64,000 bases of DNA, taken from Vicinamibacteria bacterium. Its GTDB lineage: Bacteria > Acidobacteriota > Vicinamibacteria > Marinacidobacterales > Marinacidobacteraceae. Where the stretch lies: assembly GCA_965199715.1 (NCBI GenBank), contig OZ241322.1, positions 800,001-864,000 of the forward strand, given 5' to 3'. The stretch's first letter is position 1, and every line of letters starts with the position of its first letter. The notes beneath the pieces are model-generated. The model saw nothing but the letters and a program-made list of their open reading frames with translations, searched no databases and was not told where the DNA came from. Of the stretch, positions 49,353 through 59,511 are shown one piece after another. Position numbers and translations under genes: made by a program.

Positions 49353-50567
49353 TCAGATCTCGGTGAGGAGATGCCCCATGCGCTTCTTCTTCGTGCGCAT
49401 GTACTCGAGCGAGTGCTCGCTCGGGGGCACCTCGATGGGAACGCGCTCCTCGATGGTCAGCCCGTGGGCCTCGAGCGCGACGAACTTGCGCGGGTTGTTC
49501 GTCAGCAGGCGGATGCGCTGGACCCCGAGGTCGCGCAGGATCTGCGCCCCCACGCCGTACTCGCGCTGGTCGGCGCGGAACCCGAGGTGCGTGTTCGCGT
49601 CCACCGTGTCCATGCCCTCGTCCTGGAGGGCGTAGGCCCGCAGCTTGTTCACGAGGCCGATGCCCCGGCCCTCCTGGTTCAGGTAGAGCAGCACGCCCCG
49701 GCCCGCGCGGCCGATCGCGTCCAGCGCCGCCTCGAGCTGGGGGCCGCAGTCGCACCGCATCGACCCGAAGACCTCGCCGGTGAGGCACTGGCTGTGGACC
49801 CGGACCAGAACCGGCTCGCCCGTATCCACGTCGCCGAGCTTGAGGACGAGGTGCTGCGCCCCGTCGAGCGTGTTCTCGTAGGCGACGGTGGGGAAGGTCC
49901 CGAAGGGGGTCGGGAGCACCGTCTCGGCGAGGCGGCGCACGAGGGACTCACTGCGCAGCCGGTGGCGGATCAGCGACGCCACGCTGACCACCCCGATTCC
50001 GTGCGCCTCGCCGAACTCGACGAGGTCGGGCAGGCGCGCCATCGAGCCGTCCTCGTTCATGATCTCGCAGATGACCGACGCCGGGTACAGCCCGGCGAGC
50101 CGGGAGAGATCGACTCCCGCCTCGGTCTGTCCGGCGCGCTGGAGCACGCCGCCCGGCCGGGCGCGCAGCGGGAAGACGTGACCGGGGCGGCGCAGGTCGC
50201 CGGGCCGGGTTCCGGGGTCGATCGCGGCCTGGACGGTGCGGGCGCGGTCGGCGGCCGAGATGCCGGTGGTCACGCCCTCGCCCGCCTCGATGGAGACGCA
50301 GAACGCGGTCTCCAGCGCGGAAGTGTTGTCCCGGACCATGAGCGGGACGTCCAGCTCGTCGAGGCGCTCGCCGGTCATCGCGAGACAGATCAGGCCCCGG
50401 CCGTGGGTGGCCATGAAGTTGATCGCGTCGGGCGTGACGTGCGAGGCCGCGATGGTCAGGTCGCCCTCGTTCTCGCGGTCGGCGTCGTCCACGACGATCA
50501 CCATGCGCCCGGCGGCGATTTCGGCGATCGCGGCGTCGGGGCTGAGGAACGGGGTTTCTTCGCTCAA
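49353..50567 (-). CDS. ribBA: Bifunctional DHBP synthase/GTP cyclohydrolase II
   Basis: 'DRENEGD', 'RVHSQCLTG', 'RCDCG', 'QEGRGIGL', 'LLTNNP'. Confidence 0.97.
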   Translation of the reverse strand: MSEETPFLSPDAAIAEIAAGRMVIVVDDADRENEGDLTIAASHVTPDAINFMATHGRGLICLAMTGERLDELDVPLMVRDNTSALETAFCVSIEAGEGVTTGISAADRARTVQAAIDPGTRPGDLRRPGHVFPLRARPGGVLQRAGQTEAGVDLSRLAGLYPASVICEIMNEDGSMARLPDLVEFGEAHGIGVVSVASLIRHRLRSESLVRRLAETVLPTPFGTFPTVAYENTLDGAQHLVLKLGDVDTGEPVLVRVHSQCLTGEVFGSMRCDCGPQLEAALDAIGRAGRGVLLYLNQEGRGIGLVNKLRAYALQDEGMDTVDANTHLGFRADQREYGVGAQILRDLGVQRIRLLTNNPRKFVALEAHGLTIEERVPIEVPPSEHSLEYMRTKKKRMGHLLTEI

Positions 50568-51151
50568 TGCGCCGGGATCTTACCGAGCTGAGCGGCCACG
50601 TACTTGCCGAGGACGTCGTATTCCACGTGCACCGGATCGCCCGGACCGAGCCGGCCGAGCGTCGTGATCTCCCGCGTGTGGGGGATGATCGCCACGTCGA
50701 AGGCGCGGCGTCCCGGCTCCGAGCGGGCGACGGTCAGGCTCACGCCGTCGAGGGCCACCGACCCCTTCTCGACGATCCAGCGCGGCTCGGGGTGCTCCAC
50801 CCGGATCCGGTAGTCGGAGTCGTCGCCGCCGGCGGCGAGCACCGTCCCGACCGCGTCCACGTGCCCCTGGACGAAGTGGCCGCCGATGCGGTCCGAGGCG
50901 CGCAGCGGCAATTCGAGATTGACCCCGTCGCCCGGGCGCAGCCGCCCGAGCGCGGTGCGGTCGAGCGTCTCCCGGGCGAGGTCGAACGCGAGGGCGCCGG
51001 ACCGCGCCTCCACGGCGGTGAGGCAGACGCCCGAGACCGCGACGCTGTCGCCGAGGGCGACGTCCGGGAACCCGGGCGGCGGGGCGACGACGAGCCTCCC
51101 GCCTCCGGCCTCGCGCACGGAGCCCGCGCCGAGGACCAGGCCGGTGAACAT
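50564..51151 (-). CDS. ribE: Riboflavin synthase (alpha chain)
   Basis: 'MFTGL', 'GVCLT', '[10 protein letters not shown]', 'GVSLT'. Confidence 0.96.
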   Translation of the reverse strand: MFTGLVLGAGSVREAGGGRLVVAPPPGFPDVALGDSVAVSGVCLTAVEARSGALAFDLARETLDRTALGRLRPGDGVNLELPLRASDRIGGHFVQGHVDAVGTVLAAGGDDSDYRIRVEHPEPRWIVEKGSVALDGVSLTVARSEPGRRAFDVAIIPHTREITTLGRLGPGDPVHVEYDVLGKYVAAQLGKIPAH

Positions 51152-52442
51152 CAGTTCCGGCGGGGCCGGTGGATCGGCAGGCCGCCCCTGGCGTCGAGCG
51201 AGACCGCGGGGAACAGCTCCATCTCGTAGCCGGCGGGCAGCTCGGCCCGCCGGTCCTGGCCCATCCGCGCCATCATCGGACGAATCGCCATGAGCGAGAA
51301 CCGGTCGCCGACGCGCTGGCGCGACCCGCCGCCGAAGCGAAAGAAGGCGAACCGGGGGAGGGACTCGCGATACCCGGGAACCCAGCGGCCGGGGCGGAAT
51401 TCGAGCGGGTCGTCGAACCAGCGCGGGTCCCGCTGGACGGCGAGCTGCGACGCGCGCACGAGCGCGCCCGCCGGATCGTGGAACCGCCCAGCTCGAACGG
51501 CTCCTTCACGCCCCGCAACGCCAGCCAGGTCCATGAGCAGAGCCGCAGGGTCTCGGTGACGATGCGCGCCGTGAACGGCGGATCGGGCAAGTCCGCGACG
51601 GTGGGGCGCCGACCGCCGAGAACGTCGTCCAGCTCGGCGTGGAGCCGCGCCTGGATCTCCGGGTGGGCCGCCAGCGCGTACCAGTTCCACATCAGCGCCG
51701 AGGAGGTCGTGGAGACGCCGGCGGTGCACATGGTCATCGCCTCGTTCCGGACCTGGCGTTCGCTCATCGCCCCGCCGTCGCCGCCGTCCTCGTTCTCGTA
51801 CCGGAGGCCGAGCGGCATGCCGGGCATGTCCTCCCCACGGCGTCCGCTGCAGCGGCGCGATGGAACCGACGCACCGCCGGAAGCGGCCAGCGCGCGGCCG
51901 CCATGCCGAAGACCGCCCGGCGGCGAAGGAACGCGGACGCTCGCCGGGAGGCGTCGGTCAGCTCCTTCACTTCCGCGTCCAGCTCGCCGCCGAGGATGGC
52001 CCGCACGATCGTGCGCTTTCCGTGGACATGACGAACCGCGAGCCGTCCGCTGCCGCCGACCACCGCCGCGACTGCTCCCCGGCCTGGGCGACCACGTCGT
52101 CGGCGTACGTGGCGACGTGAGCGCGATGGAACTTCGGCGCGATGACCTTGCGATCGCGCATGTGGTCGGGCTCGTTGGCGGGGAGGAGCCCGTTCCCGAG
52201 GTCAGCGTGAGCGCGTCGAGAATCCGGCGACGCATCGTCTTCGGGCGTCGAAGGGTGGCCAGCTCCTTGACGAGCGCCGGATGGCTCACCAGGACGTCCA
52301 ACTGCGGCTTCGCGAGGACGGTCGCGACGTCGCCGCAGGCGGCCACGTCCTGGAGGCGTCCGATCGGGTCGCGGACCATCCGGAGGACGTTCCGGATCGC
52401 CGGGAGCCGCGACGGGGGAGCGGGAGGAACTCCGGTGGGCAC
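51151..52442 (-). pseudogene. Cytochrome P450, multiply frameshifted, heme Cys lost
   Basis: Fragments in different frames: 'LGNGLL', 'AGVSTT', 'ETLR', 'FRPGRW', 'FGGGSRQRVG' (Cys replaced by Arg). Confidence 0.88.
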
Positions 52443-52486
52443 GGGGCGCGACGATACACCGAGGGACTGATACCTTCCCGCGCCCG

Positions 52487-53437
52487 ATGGGGAAAACGCT
52501 CGCGCTCGCGCTCGCGCTCGCCGGCTGCGGCGGCGGCGGAGGCGGCGCGTTCCCGGACCGACCGATCCAGATCGTCTCGTGGGCCACCCCCGGCGGACCG
52601 AGCGACCTGCTCGCCCGGGCGCTCGCCGAGTCCGTTCCGGAGCACTTCGGCGGGCAGCGGGCGAGCGTGGTGACCCGTCAGGGCGGCGCGGGGGCGATGG
52701 GGATGCAGTACCTGCGGGGACGGGAGGGCGACCCGCACGTGCTCGGAGTCTTCACGGCGAGCGGCACGGTGAACATGGCCACCGGGCGGATTCCCTTCCG
52801 CCCGGCGGATTTCACTCCGATCCTGCGCATCCAGACCGATCCGTTCCTCGTGGCGGTGCGCGCCGACAGTCCGTTCCGGACGCTTCCCGAGTTCTTCGAG
52901 GCGGCGCGGCGGGAGCCGGGATCGGTCTCGGCGTCCGGGTTCGGCTCGGCGTCGGCGCACTTCCTCGGCTTCGCCCGGCTTCTCGAGGCGGCCGGCGGCC
53001 CGGACGTGCGCTGGATCGCCTACGAGGGCTCGGGAGACGCGGTGGTGGCGGCGCTCGGCGGCCATGTGGACGCCGCGCACACGAACTACAACATCGTGCG
53101 CGAGCACCTGCGGGCGGGCTCGATGCGGGTGCTCGCGATCGCCGACGCGCTGCCCGCGCTCCCCGACGCGCCGTCCTACGCCGACCTCGGGTTCGACCTG
53201 GCGCCGGCGCACTGGCGCGGCGTCGTCGGCCCGCCGGGGCTCGATCCGGCGATCCGGGCGGATCTCCGCGAGCGCCTGCTCCGGACGATCCGCTCCCCCG
53301 AGTTCGCCGCCTACATGGAGACCGCGGCGATGGAGTACGCCGTGCTCGGCGACGCCGACGCCTTCGGCGCGTGGATGGAGGAGGAGGTCGCGGCGAGCGC
53401 CGAACTGCTCGCCCGGTTGGGACTGGCGGGTGAGTGA
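52487..53437 (+). CDS. Tripartite tricarboxylate transporter substrate-binding lipoprotein (TctC/Bug)
   Basis: Lipobox 'LAGC', 'FPDRPIQI', 'GGPSDLLAR', 'ALGGHVD', 'WRG...PPG'. Confidence 0.9.
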   Translation: MGKTLALALALAGCGGGGGGAFPDRPIQIVSWATPGGPSDLLARALAESVPEHFGGQRASVVTRQGGAGAMGMQYLRGREGDPHVLGVFTASGTVNMATGRIPFRPADFTPILRIQTDPFLVAVRADSPFRTLPEFFEAARREPGSVSASGFGSASAHFLGFARLLEAAGGPDVRWIAYEGSGDAVVAALGGHVDAAHTNYNIVREHLRAGSMRVLAIADALPALPDAPSYADLGFDLAPAHWRGVVGPPGLDPAIRADLRERLLRTIRSPEFAAYMETAAMEYAVLGDADAFGAWMEEEVAASAELLARLGLAGE

Positions 53438-53834
53438 GCGGCTGGAAGCCGGGGCGCTCGCGCTGGTCGCGTCCGGAGTCCTCGCCGCGTCCTTCGGCTG
53501 GCCGGCGCCGCTGACGCCGGGAGTTCCCGGTCCGGCGTTCTTTCCGCGCCTCGTCGCGGCGCTGCTGCTCGTCTGCGCCCTCGGCCTCCTTCGCCGGAAG
53601 GGACGGCCCGCCGAGCCGCTCGGGCGCAACCGGATCCTCGCCGCGCTCGGGATCGCCGGATTCCTCCTGGCCGCGCCGTGGATGAGCGCGCTCCTCGCGC
53701 TGCCGCCGCTCGTGGCCGGGCTGATGTGGCTCGCCGGCGAGCGCTCGCCGGCGCTCCTCGCCGGGGTCTCGATCGGCTTCGCCGGGGCGGCGCACCTCCT
53801 CTTCGCCGTCGCGCTCGGCGTTCCCCTGCCCTGA
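53430..53834 (+). CDS. TctB family small membrane subunit
   Basis: 'GPAFFP', 4 TM segments, C-terminal 'LGVPLP'. Confidence 0.85.
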   Translation: MSERLEAGALALVASGVLAASFGWPAPLTPGVPGPAFFPRLVAALLLVCALGLLRRKGRPAEPLGRNRILAALGIAGFLLAAPWMSALLALPPLVAGLMWLAGERSPALLAGVSIGFAGAAHLLFAVALGVPLP

Positions 53835-55291
53835 TGGAGGGTCTTCTCGCCGCGTTCGAGCCGGCGCATCTCGCGGTCATCCTCGCCGGATGCGTGATCG
53901 GGGTCTTCGCCGGCGCGGTTCCCGGGCTCAGCTCCACCGTCGGCCTCGCGCTGGTGCTGCCGCTCACGTTCGCGCTGGAGCCGGTTCCGGCGCTCCTCAT
54001 GATGATCTCGATCTACATGGCGGCGGAGTACGGGGGATCCATCACCGCGGTCGCGATCGGCGTTCCCGGCAGCCCGCCCGCGCTCGCGACGACGTTCGAC
54101 GGGTACGCCATGACGCGGAGCGGCGAGGCCGGACGCGCGCTCGGGGTCTCGCTCTTCTCGTCGATGTGCGGCGGCTTCCTCGGGACGCTCCTGCTCGTGG
54201 CCGCGCTCGGGCCGCTGTCGCGCGCGGCGCTCGCGTTCGGCCCGCCCGAGTACTTCGGACTCGGCGTCTTCGGGCTCGCCATCGTCGCGAACCTCGTCGG
54301 AAAGGACCCGCTGCGCGGCGTCGCGAGCGCGCTCCTCGGCCTCGTCGCCTTCGTCGTCGGGCTCGACGTGCTCACCGGCGCGCCCCGGCTCACCTTCGGC
54401 TCCACCGCGCTCATGGACGGGTTCGGCCTGGTGCCGATGCTGATCGGCTTCTTCGCGATCGCGGAGGCGCTCTCGGCGATGGGGCGGTCCGGGGCCGGGG
54501 GCGAACGCCCACGGATCGAGGGCGGCCTGCCGCGGCTGCGCGAGCTGCTTCGCCTCGGCCCCTCCATCCTGCGCGGCTCGGCGATCGGCGGCGTCGTCGG
54601 CGCGATCCCCGGGGCCGGCGCGACGATCGCCTCCATCGTCGCGTGGAACGAGGAGCGCCGCCTCTCCCGGGAGCCGGAGCGCTTCGGCAAGGGCGACCCC
54701 CGCGGGATCGCCGCGCCCGAGGCCGCGAACAACGCCTGCGTGGGCGCCGCGATGATCCCGCTGCTCGCGCTCGGGGTGCCCGGCTCGGCGAGCGCCGCGG
54801 TGCTGCTCGGCGGGCTGACGATGCAAGGCGTCGCGCCCGGGCCGCTGCTGCTGACCGAGCGGGCGGACCTCGTCCATACGCTCTACGCCGGGTTCCTGAT
54901 CGCGGTCGTCTTCATGCTCGCGGTCGGCCGGCTCGGCATTCCGTTCTGGGTCCGGGTGGTGCGGCTGCGCCCGTCGGTGCTCATGCCGGTCGTGGCCGCG
55001 ATCTCGCTCGTGGGCGCGTTCGCGGTGCGCGGGAACCTCGCGGACGCCTGGTTCGCGCTCTTGTTCGGCGTGGTCGGGTTCCTGATGGAGCGGCGCGGGT
55101 ACCCGCTCGCCCCGGCGATTCTCGGATTCATCCTCGGCCCGATGGTGGAGATGAACTACCGCCGCTCGCTGGCGCTCTCCTCGGGATCGCACGGCGTGTT
55201 CCTCGACAGCCCGATCGCGCTGGTCCTGCTGCTTCTCGCCGCCGCCAGCTTCGCCGCCCCGCTCGTCCGCCGGCGGCTCCGGGCGCGCTGA
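53834..55291 (+). CDS. TctA family large permease
   Basis: 'YGGSITA...GVPG', 'APEAANNA', 'LGVPGS'. Confidence 0.93.
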   Translation: MEGLLAAFEPAHLAVILAGCVIGVFAGAVPGLSSTVGLALVLPLTFALEPVPALLMMISIYMAAEYGGSITAVAIGVPGSPPALATTFDGYAMTRSGEAGRALGVSLFSSMCGGFLGTLLLVAALGPLSRAALAFGPPEYFGLGVFGLAIVANLVGKDPLRGVASALLGLVAFVVGLDVLTGAPRLTFGSTALMDGFGLVPMLIGFFAIAEALSAMGRSGAGGERPRIEGGLPRLRELLRLGPSILRGSAIGGVVGAIPGAGATIASIVAWNEERRLSREPERFGKGDPRGIAAPEAANNACVGAAMIPLLALGVPGSASAAVLLGGLTMQGVAPGPLLLTERADLVHTLYAGFLIAVVFMLAVGRLGIPFWVRVVRLRPSVLMPVVAAISLVGAFAVRGNLADAWFALLFGVVGFLMERRGYPLAPAILGFILGPMVEMNYRRSLALSSGSHGVFLDSPIALVLLLLAAASFAAPLVRRRLRAR

Positions 55292-55312
55292 ACCCGCTGG
55301 TACGCTTTGGAA

Positions 55313-56689
55313 ATGAGCGAAACGCGCCGCGCGGCGGACTTCATCCTCGGAGCCCGCCTGGCGGACTTTCCGGCGGCGCTCGTCGCCGAGGGACGCCGCT
55401 GCGTGACCGACGGCGCCGGCGTGCTGCTCGCCGGGGCTACCGAACGCGCCTCGCGGATCGTCCAGAAGCAGATCCGCGACCAGGGCGGCAAGCCCGAAGC
55501 GCAGGTGTTCGGCGCGGGGGGCCTCCGGGCGCCGGCGTCGCTCGCCGCCCGCGCCAACGGGACCGCCGGGCACGCGATGGACTTCGACGACACCCAGTTG
55601 TCCACCGCTCCCGACCGCATCTTCGGGCTGCTCACCCATCCCACGGTCGCGCCGCTCGCGGCCGGGCTCGCGGTCGCCGAACGCGAGGACGCGAGCGGCG
55701 CGGCGCTGCTGGAGGCGTTCCTGATCGGGTTCGAGGTGGAGTGCAAGATCGCGGAGGCCATCCATCCGCGGCATTACGGCGAGGGGTTCCACACCACCGC
55801 CACGATCGGCGCGTTCGGCGCGGCCGCGACCGCCGCCCGGCTCGCCGGGCTGGACCGCCCGCAGGTCGAGATGGCGCTCGCCGTCACGGCGAGCCTGTCG
55901 TCGGGGATCCGGCTCGGCTTCGGCACGATGACGAAGCCGCTCCACGCGGGCCGGGCGGCCGAGAACGGGGTGCTCGCGGCGGACCTCGCGGCCCGGGGGT
56001 TCACCTCGGGGAACGAGGCGCTGGAAGGGACGTGGGGGTTCTTCCGGGTCTTCGGCGGCGGGTTCGACGCCGAGCGGCTCGCGTACGGCGATCCGTGGAC
56101 GCTGCTCGACCCCGGGGTCTCGGTGAAGCCGTACCCGTCGGGGAGCCTCGGCCACCCGAGCGTCGCCGCGATGCTCGCGCTGGTTCGGGAGCGCGACGTC
56201 GCTCCCGACGCGGTCGAGCGAATCACGTTCCGCGCCGGACGCAACATCCTGAATCCGCTCCGCTACCTCGACCCGCAGACGCCGCTGGAGGCGAAGTTCT
56301 CGATTCCGTTCGTGATGGCGGCGGCCGTGCTCCGCCGGCGGGTCGGCGTCCACGAGTTCGACGGGGGCTTCGTCCGCTCCGCCGAGGCGCGGGCGCTGAT
56401 GGCGCGGGTGGACGTCCAGTTCGACGCCGCGATCGACGCCGAGGGCTACGACCGGATGCGCAGCGCCATCGACGTGCGGCTGAAGGACGGAACCGAGCTC
56501 CGCACCCGCGCCGACGCCTATCCGGGCGGGCCGGAGCGCCCGCTCACGCCGGACGAACTCGCGGCCAAGTTCCGGGAATGCGCGGCGCTCGCGCTGCCCG
56601 AGGAGCGGGTGGAGCCGGCGCTCGGCCTCGTCGCCGAAGTGGACCGGGTTCCCCGGGCGGCCGACCTCGCGGCCGGGCTCGAGCCATGA
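55313..56689 (+). CDS. MmgE/PrpD family protein
   Basis: 'HAMDFDD', 'THP', 'GFH.T', 'KPLHAG', 'KPYPS', 'AKFS'. Confidence 0.92.
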   Translation: MSETRRAADFILGARLADFPAALVAEGRRCVTDGAGVLLAGATERASRIVQKQIRDQGGKPEAQVFGAGGLRAPASLAARANGTAGHAMDFDDTQLSTAPDRIFGLLTHPTVAPLAAGLAVAEREDASGAALLEAFLIGFEVECKIAEAIHPRHYGEGFHTTATIGAFGAAATAARLAGLDRPQVEMALAVTASLSSGIRLGFGTMTKPLHAGRAAENGVLAADLAARGFTSGNEALEGTWGFFRVFGGGFDAERLAYGDPWTLLDPGVSVKPYPSGSLGHPSVAAMLALVRERDVAPDAVERITFRAGRNILNPLRYLDPQTPLEAKFSIPFVMAAAVLRRRVGVHEFDGGFVRSAEARALMARVDVQFDAAIDAEGYDRMRSAIDVRLKDGTELRTRADAYPGGPERPLTPDELAAKFRECAALALPEERVEPALGLVAEVDRVPRAADLAAGLEP

Positions 56690-58548
56690 GATTCGCAAGC
56701 CTGCTGCTGCTCGCCGTCGGGTGCGGCGGCGGAGCGTACGAGGCGCTGAAGGTCGAGGACGGCCTGATGCTCCCGATGCGCGACGGGGTGCGCCTCGCCA
56801 CCGACGTGTACCGCCCGGCGCGGGGCGGCGAGCCGGCGAACGACGCGTTCCCGGCGCTGCTCCACCGCACGCCCTACGACCGGACCTCGGAGCGCCTCTC
56901 CGAGCAGGCGCGGTACTTCGCGACCCAGGGGTACGTCGTGATCGTCCAGGACATGCGCGGCCTCTACGGCTCGGAGGGCACGTTCCAGAAGTACCACGAG
57001 TTCGACGCCCCCGACGGCTACGACACGGTCGCGTGGGCCGCCGGGCTCGACTACGCGCTGCCGTCCGTCGGGATGTGGGGGACGTCCTACGGGGCGCACA
57101 CCCAGGCTGACGCCGCCAAGCTGGACCCGCCCGGCCTCGCGGCGCTCGTCCTGACGATGGGCGGGCTGTCGGACTCCTGGACCCACAAGGTGCGCAACCA
57201 CGGGGCCTTCGAGCTGGGCCAGCAGCTCGGCTGGGCGCACAGCCAGCTCGCCGCGGCTTCGGACGACCCGGAGCTGCGGGCGCGGCTCCGGGAGGAACCG
57301 GCGTCCGACTGGTTCCCGAGCGCGCCCTTCCGCAAGGGCGAGAACCCGCTGGCCGCCGCCCCCAACTTCGAGGACTACTACCTCGAGATGCAGAATCGGG
57401 GCGAGTACGACGAGTACTTCCGCGGAATCGGCCGCAACTGGACCGAGTACTACGACCAGACCGCGGACGTCCCGATGATGCACGTCGGCGGCTGGTACGA
57501 CTCGTACGCGCCGGGGACGATCCAGAGCTTCGTGGAGCTCTCCCGGCGGAAGGAATCGCCCATGACGCTGCTCATGGGGCCGTGGACGCACGCGGCGACG
57601 ACGCGCTCGCACGCCGGGGACGTCGAGTTCGGCGCGGACGCCGCGATCCCCGACTTCGCCCGCGAGTTCCACGCGCGCTGGTTCGACTGGAAGCTGAAGG
57701 ACCAACCCCCCGAGGACGTTCCGCCCCCGGTGCGGCTCTTCGTGATGGGCGGCGGCGACGGCCGCCGCGACGAAGACGGCCGGATCTTCCACGGCGGGCG
57801 CTGGATCGCGGCGGAGTCGTGGCCGCTCGAGGACGCAGTCGCGACCGCCTTCCACCTTCGCGGCGGCGGCGGCCTCACGCTCGAGGCGCCGGGCGACGAC
57901 GAGGGGTCCAGCGGCTTCGCGTTCGACCCGGCGCATCCGGTCCCGACCATCGGCGGCGCGTTCTCGGGGGCGCTCAAGCGCGGCGGATTCGACCAGCGGG
58001 AGCGGACGTTCCGCTCGCTCGGCGGCGGCTCGGAGAACGGCTTCTTCGGGTCCGAGGCGGACGGACGGCGGACCGCCGACCGCCCGGACGTGCTCGTCTT
58101 CGAGACCGAGCCGCTCGAGGAGGACGTGGAGGTCGTCGGGCCGGTCTCGCTGCGGCTGTGGGCGTCATCCAGCGCGAAGGACACCGATTTCACCGCGAAG
58201 CTCGTGGACGTCTATCCGGCGAGCGACGACTGGCCCGACGGGTTCGACCTGAACGTCACCGACGGGATCCTGCGGACGCGCTACCGCGACTCGCGGGATG
58301 CGCCCGCCTTTCTCGAGCCGGGCGAGGTCGTGGAGATGGAGATCGCGCTGTTCCCGACCGCCAACCGGTTTCAGGCGGGGCATCGGATCCGGGTGGAGGT
58401 CTCCAGCTCCAACTACCCGCGGTTCGACGTGAACCCGAACACCGGCGAGCCGCTCGGGCGGCACACCGGAATGGTCGTCGCGGACAACCGGGTGCACCAC
58501 TCGGTCGTGCGTCCTTCCGCCCTGATCCTGCCGATCCGCAGGCCCTGA
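56686..58548 (+). CDS. CocE/NonD family hydrolase (lipoprotein)
   Basis: 'AVGC' lipobox, 'MRDGVRLATDVY', 'GTSYG', 'GGWYD', 'GPWTH'. Confidence 0.92.
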   Translation: MRFASLLLLAVGCGGGAYEALKVEDGLMLPMRDGVRLATDVYRPARGGEPANDAFPALLHRTPYDRTSERLSEQARYFATQGYVVIVQDMRGLYGSEGTFQKYHEFDAPDGYDTVAWAAGLDYALPSVGMWGTSYGAHTQADAAKLDPPGLAALVLTMGGLSDSWTHKVRNHGAFELGQQLGWAHSQLAAASDDPELRARLREEPASDWFPSAPFRKGENPLAAAPNFEDYYLEMQNRGEYDEYFRGIGRNWTEYYDQTADVPMMHVGGWYDSYAPGTIQSFVELSRRKESPMTLLMGPWTHAATTRSHAGDVEFGADAAIPDFAREFHARWFDWKLKDQPPEDVPPPVRLFVMGGGDGRRDEDGRIFHGGRWIAAESWPLEDAVATAFHLRGGGGLTLEAPGDDEGSSGFAFDPAHPVPTIGGAFSGALKRGGFDQRERTFRSLGGGSENGFFGSEADGRRTADRPDVLVFETEPLEEDVEVVGPVSLRLWASSSAKDTDFTAKLVDVYPASDDWPDGFDLNVTDGILRTRYRDSRDAPAFLEPGEVVEMEIALFPTANRFQAGHRIRVEVSSSNYPRFDVNPNTGEPLGRHTGMVVADNRVHHSVVRPSALILPIRRP

Positions 58549-58551
58549 GCC

Positions 58552-58923
58552 GTGCCGCTGCGGTTCAACCCGATCCCGTGGACGCCGACCTGCGTGACGA
58601 GCCGGAACGCCCGGGCGCGATGGCAGCGGATCCGGCCGCTGGACGCCGGGAGCGACCCGGAGGCGACGTTCCGGCTGCTGCGAACGGTGCTGGCCGGGAT
58701 GAAGGGCGCGACGGTCGAGGACGCGACCGACGAGGTCCTCCACGCGGTGTTCCGCACGCCGCTCGGGTTCCGCGACGACGTGGAGTGCGCGGTCGCCCGG
58801 GAGGAGTGCGTCATCCACGTGCGCTCGACGTCCCGCATCGCGCCGATCTGGGACTTCGGCGCGAACCGCCGGCGGGTCGAGGCGATCCGCCGGCGGCTGC
58901 GGAACCAGCGCCGTTCCGGGTAG
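58552..58923 (+). CDS. DUF1499 family protein
   Basis: 'PTCVTS', 'LGFRDDVE', 'IHVRSTSR...DFGANRRR'. Confidence 0.75.
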   Translation: MPLRFNPIPWTPTCVTSRNARARWQRIRPLDAGSDPEATFRLLRTVLAGMKGATVEDATDEVLHAVFRTPLGFRDDVECAVAREECVIHVRSTSRIAPIWDFGANRRRVEAIRRRLRNQRRSG

Positions 58924-59383
58924 AGCGGAATCCCGCCCTTCGCCCGGAGGGTGAGCATCGGCTCCCGCTCGCGGGCGCGGGCGTGCCGGACCATGGCCTC
59001 GGCGTAGCCCTCGATCCGGCGGCGGTGGAACTGCGGCTGGATCATCCGGCGGTGGCGCAGGTGGGCGGGCTCCTCCGCGGTCAGCAGGCCGTCGCCGCGC
59101 ACCCGGCGGAGCGTCTCGAACGTCCATGGGCGCCGGAGCTTGCGGGCGTTGTTGACGATCGCCTCCTTGATGAGCTCCGGCTCGCTCACCTGGACGACGA
59201 CCGCCGGCTTCGTGGCCATCGCGAGAGATCGCGGTGCGTCGCCGTCTCCTGCATCAACCGGAGCGGGTCGCGGATCAGCCGCAACAGGTTGCCCACGACG
59301 GGGAGCTCCTCAGGTCCGGGCGGCAGTTCGCTGCGTTGGCCCCTCGGGCGGGGGATGTGCGCCGAGGCTTCCGGAGCGGACAT
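58905..59383 (-). pseudogene. Second cytochrome P450 remnant (N-terminus joined to extreme C-terminus)
   Basis: 'PPGP..LPVVGNL...RDPL', frameshift, 'GDGLLTAE...H...RRMIQPQFH', then directly 'LTLRAKGGIP'. Confidence 0.75.
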
Positions 59384-59511
59384 GCGTCGAAAACGCCGTG
59401 TCACATTCGCGCCGGTACAATGTTCGCGATTTCCTGACCTGGACCGCCCGATCGCTTCCCGGACTGGCGGCGACGCAGGATGGGTCTGCGCACAACCACC
59501 GAAGCACCGAC

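Noticed and set aside
52497-52545. GCGCTC and GGC short tandem repeats
   Set aside because: They encode the LALALA signal peptide and Gly linker of TctC; unit lengths are multiples of 3, so no phase variation
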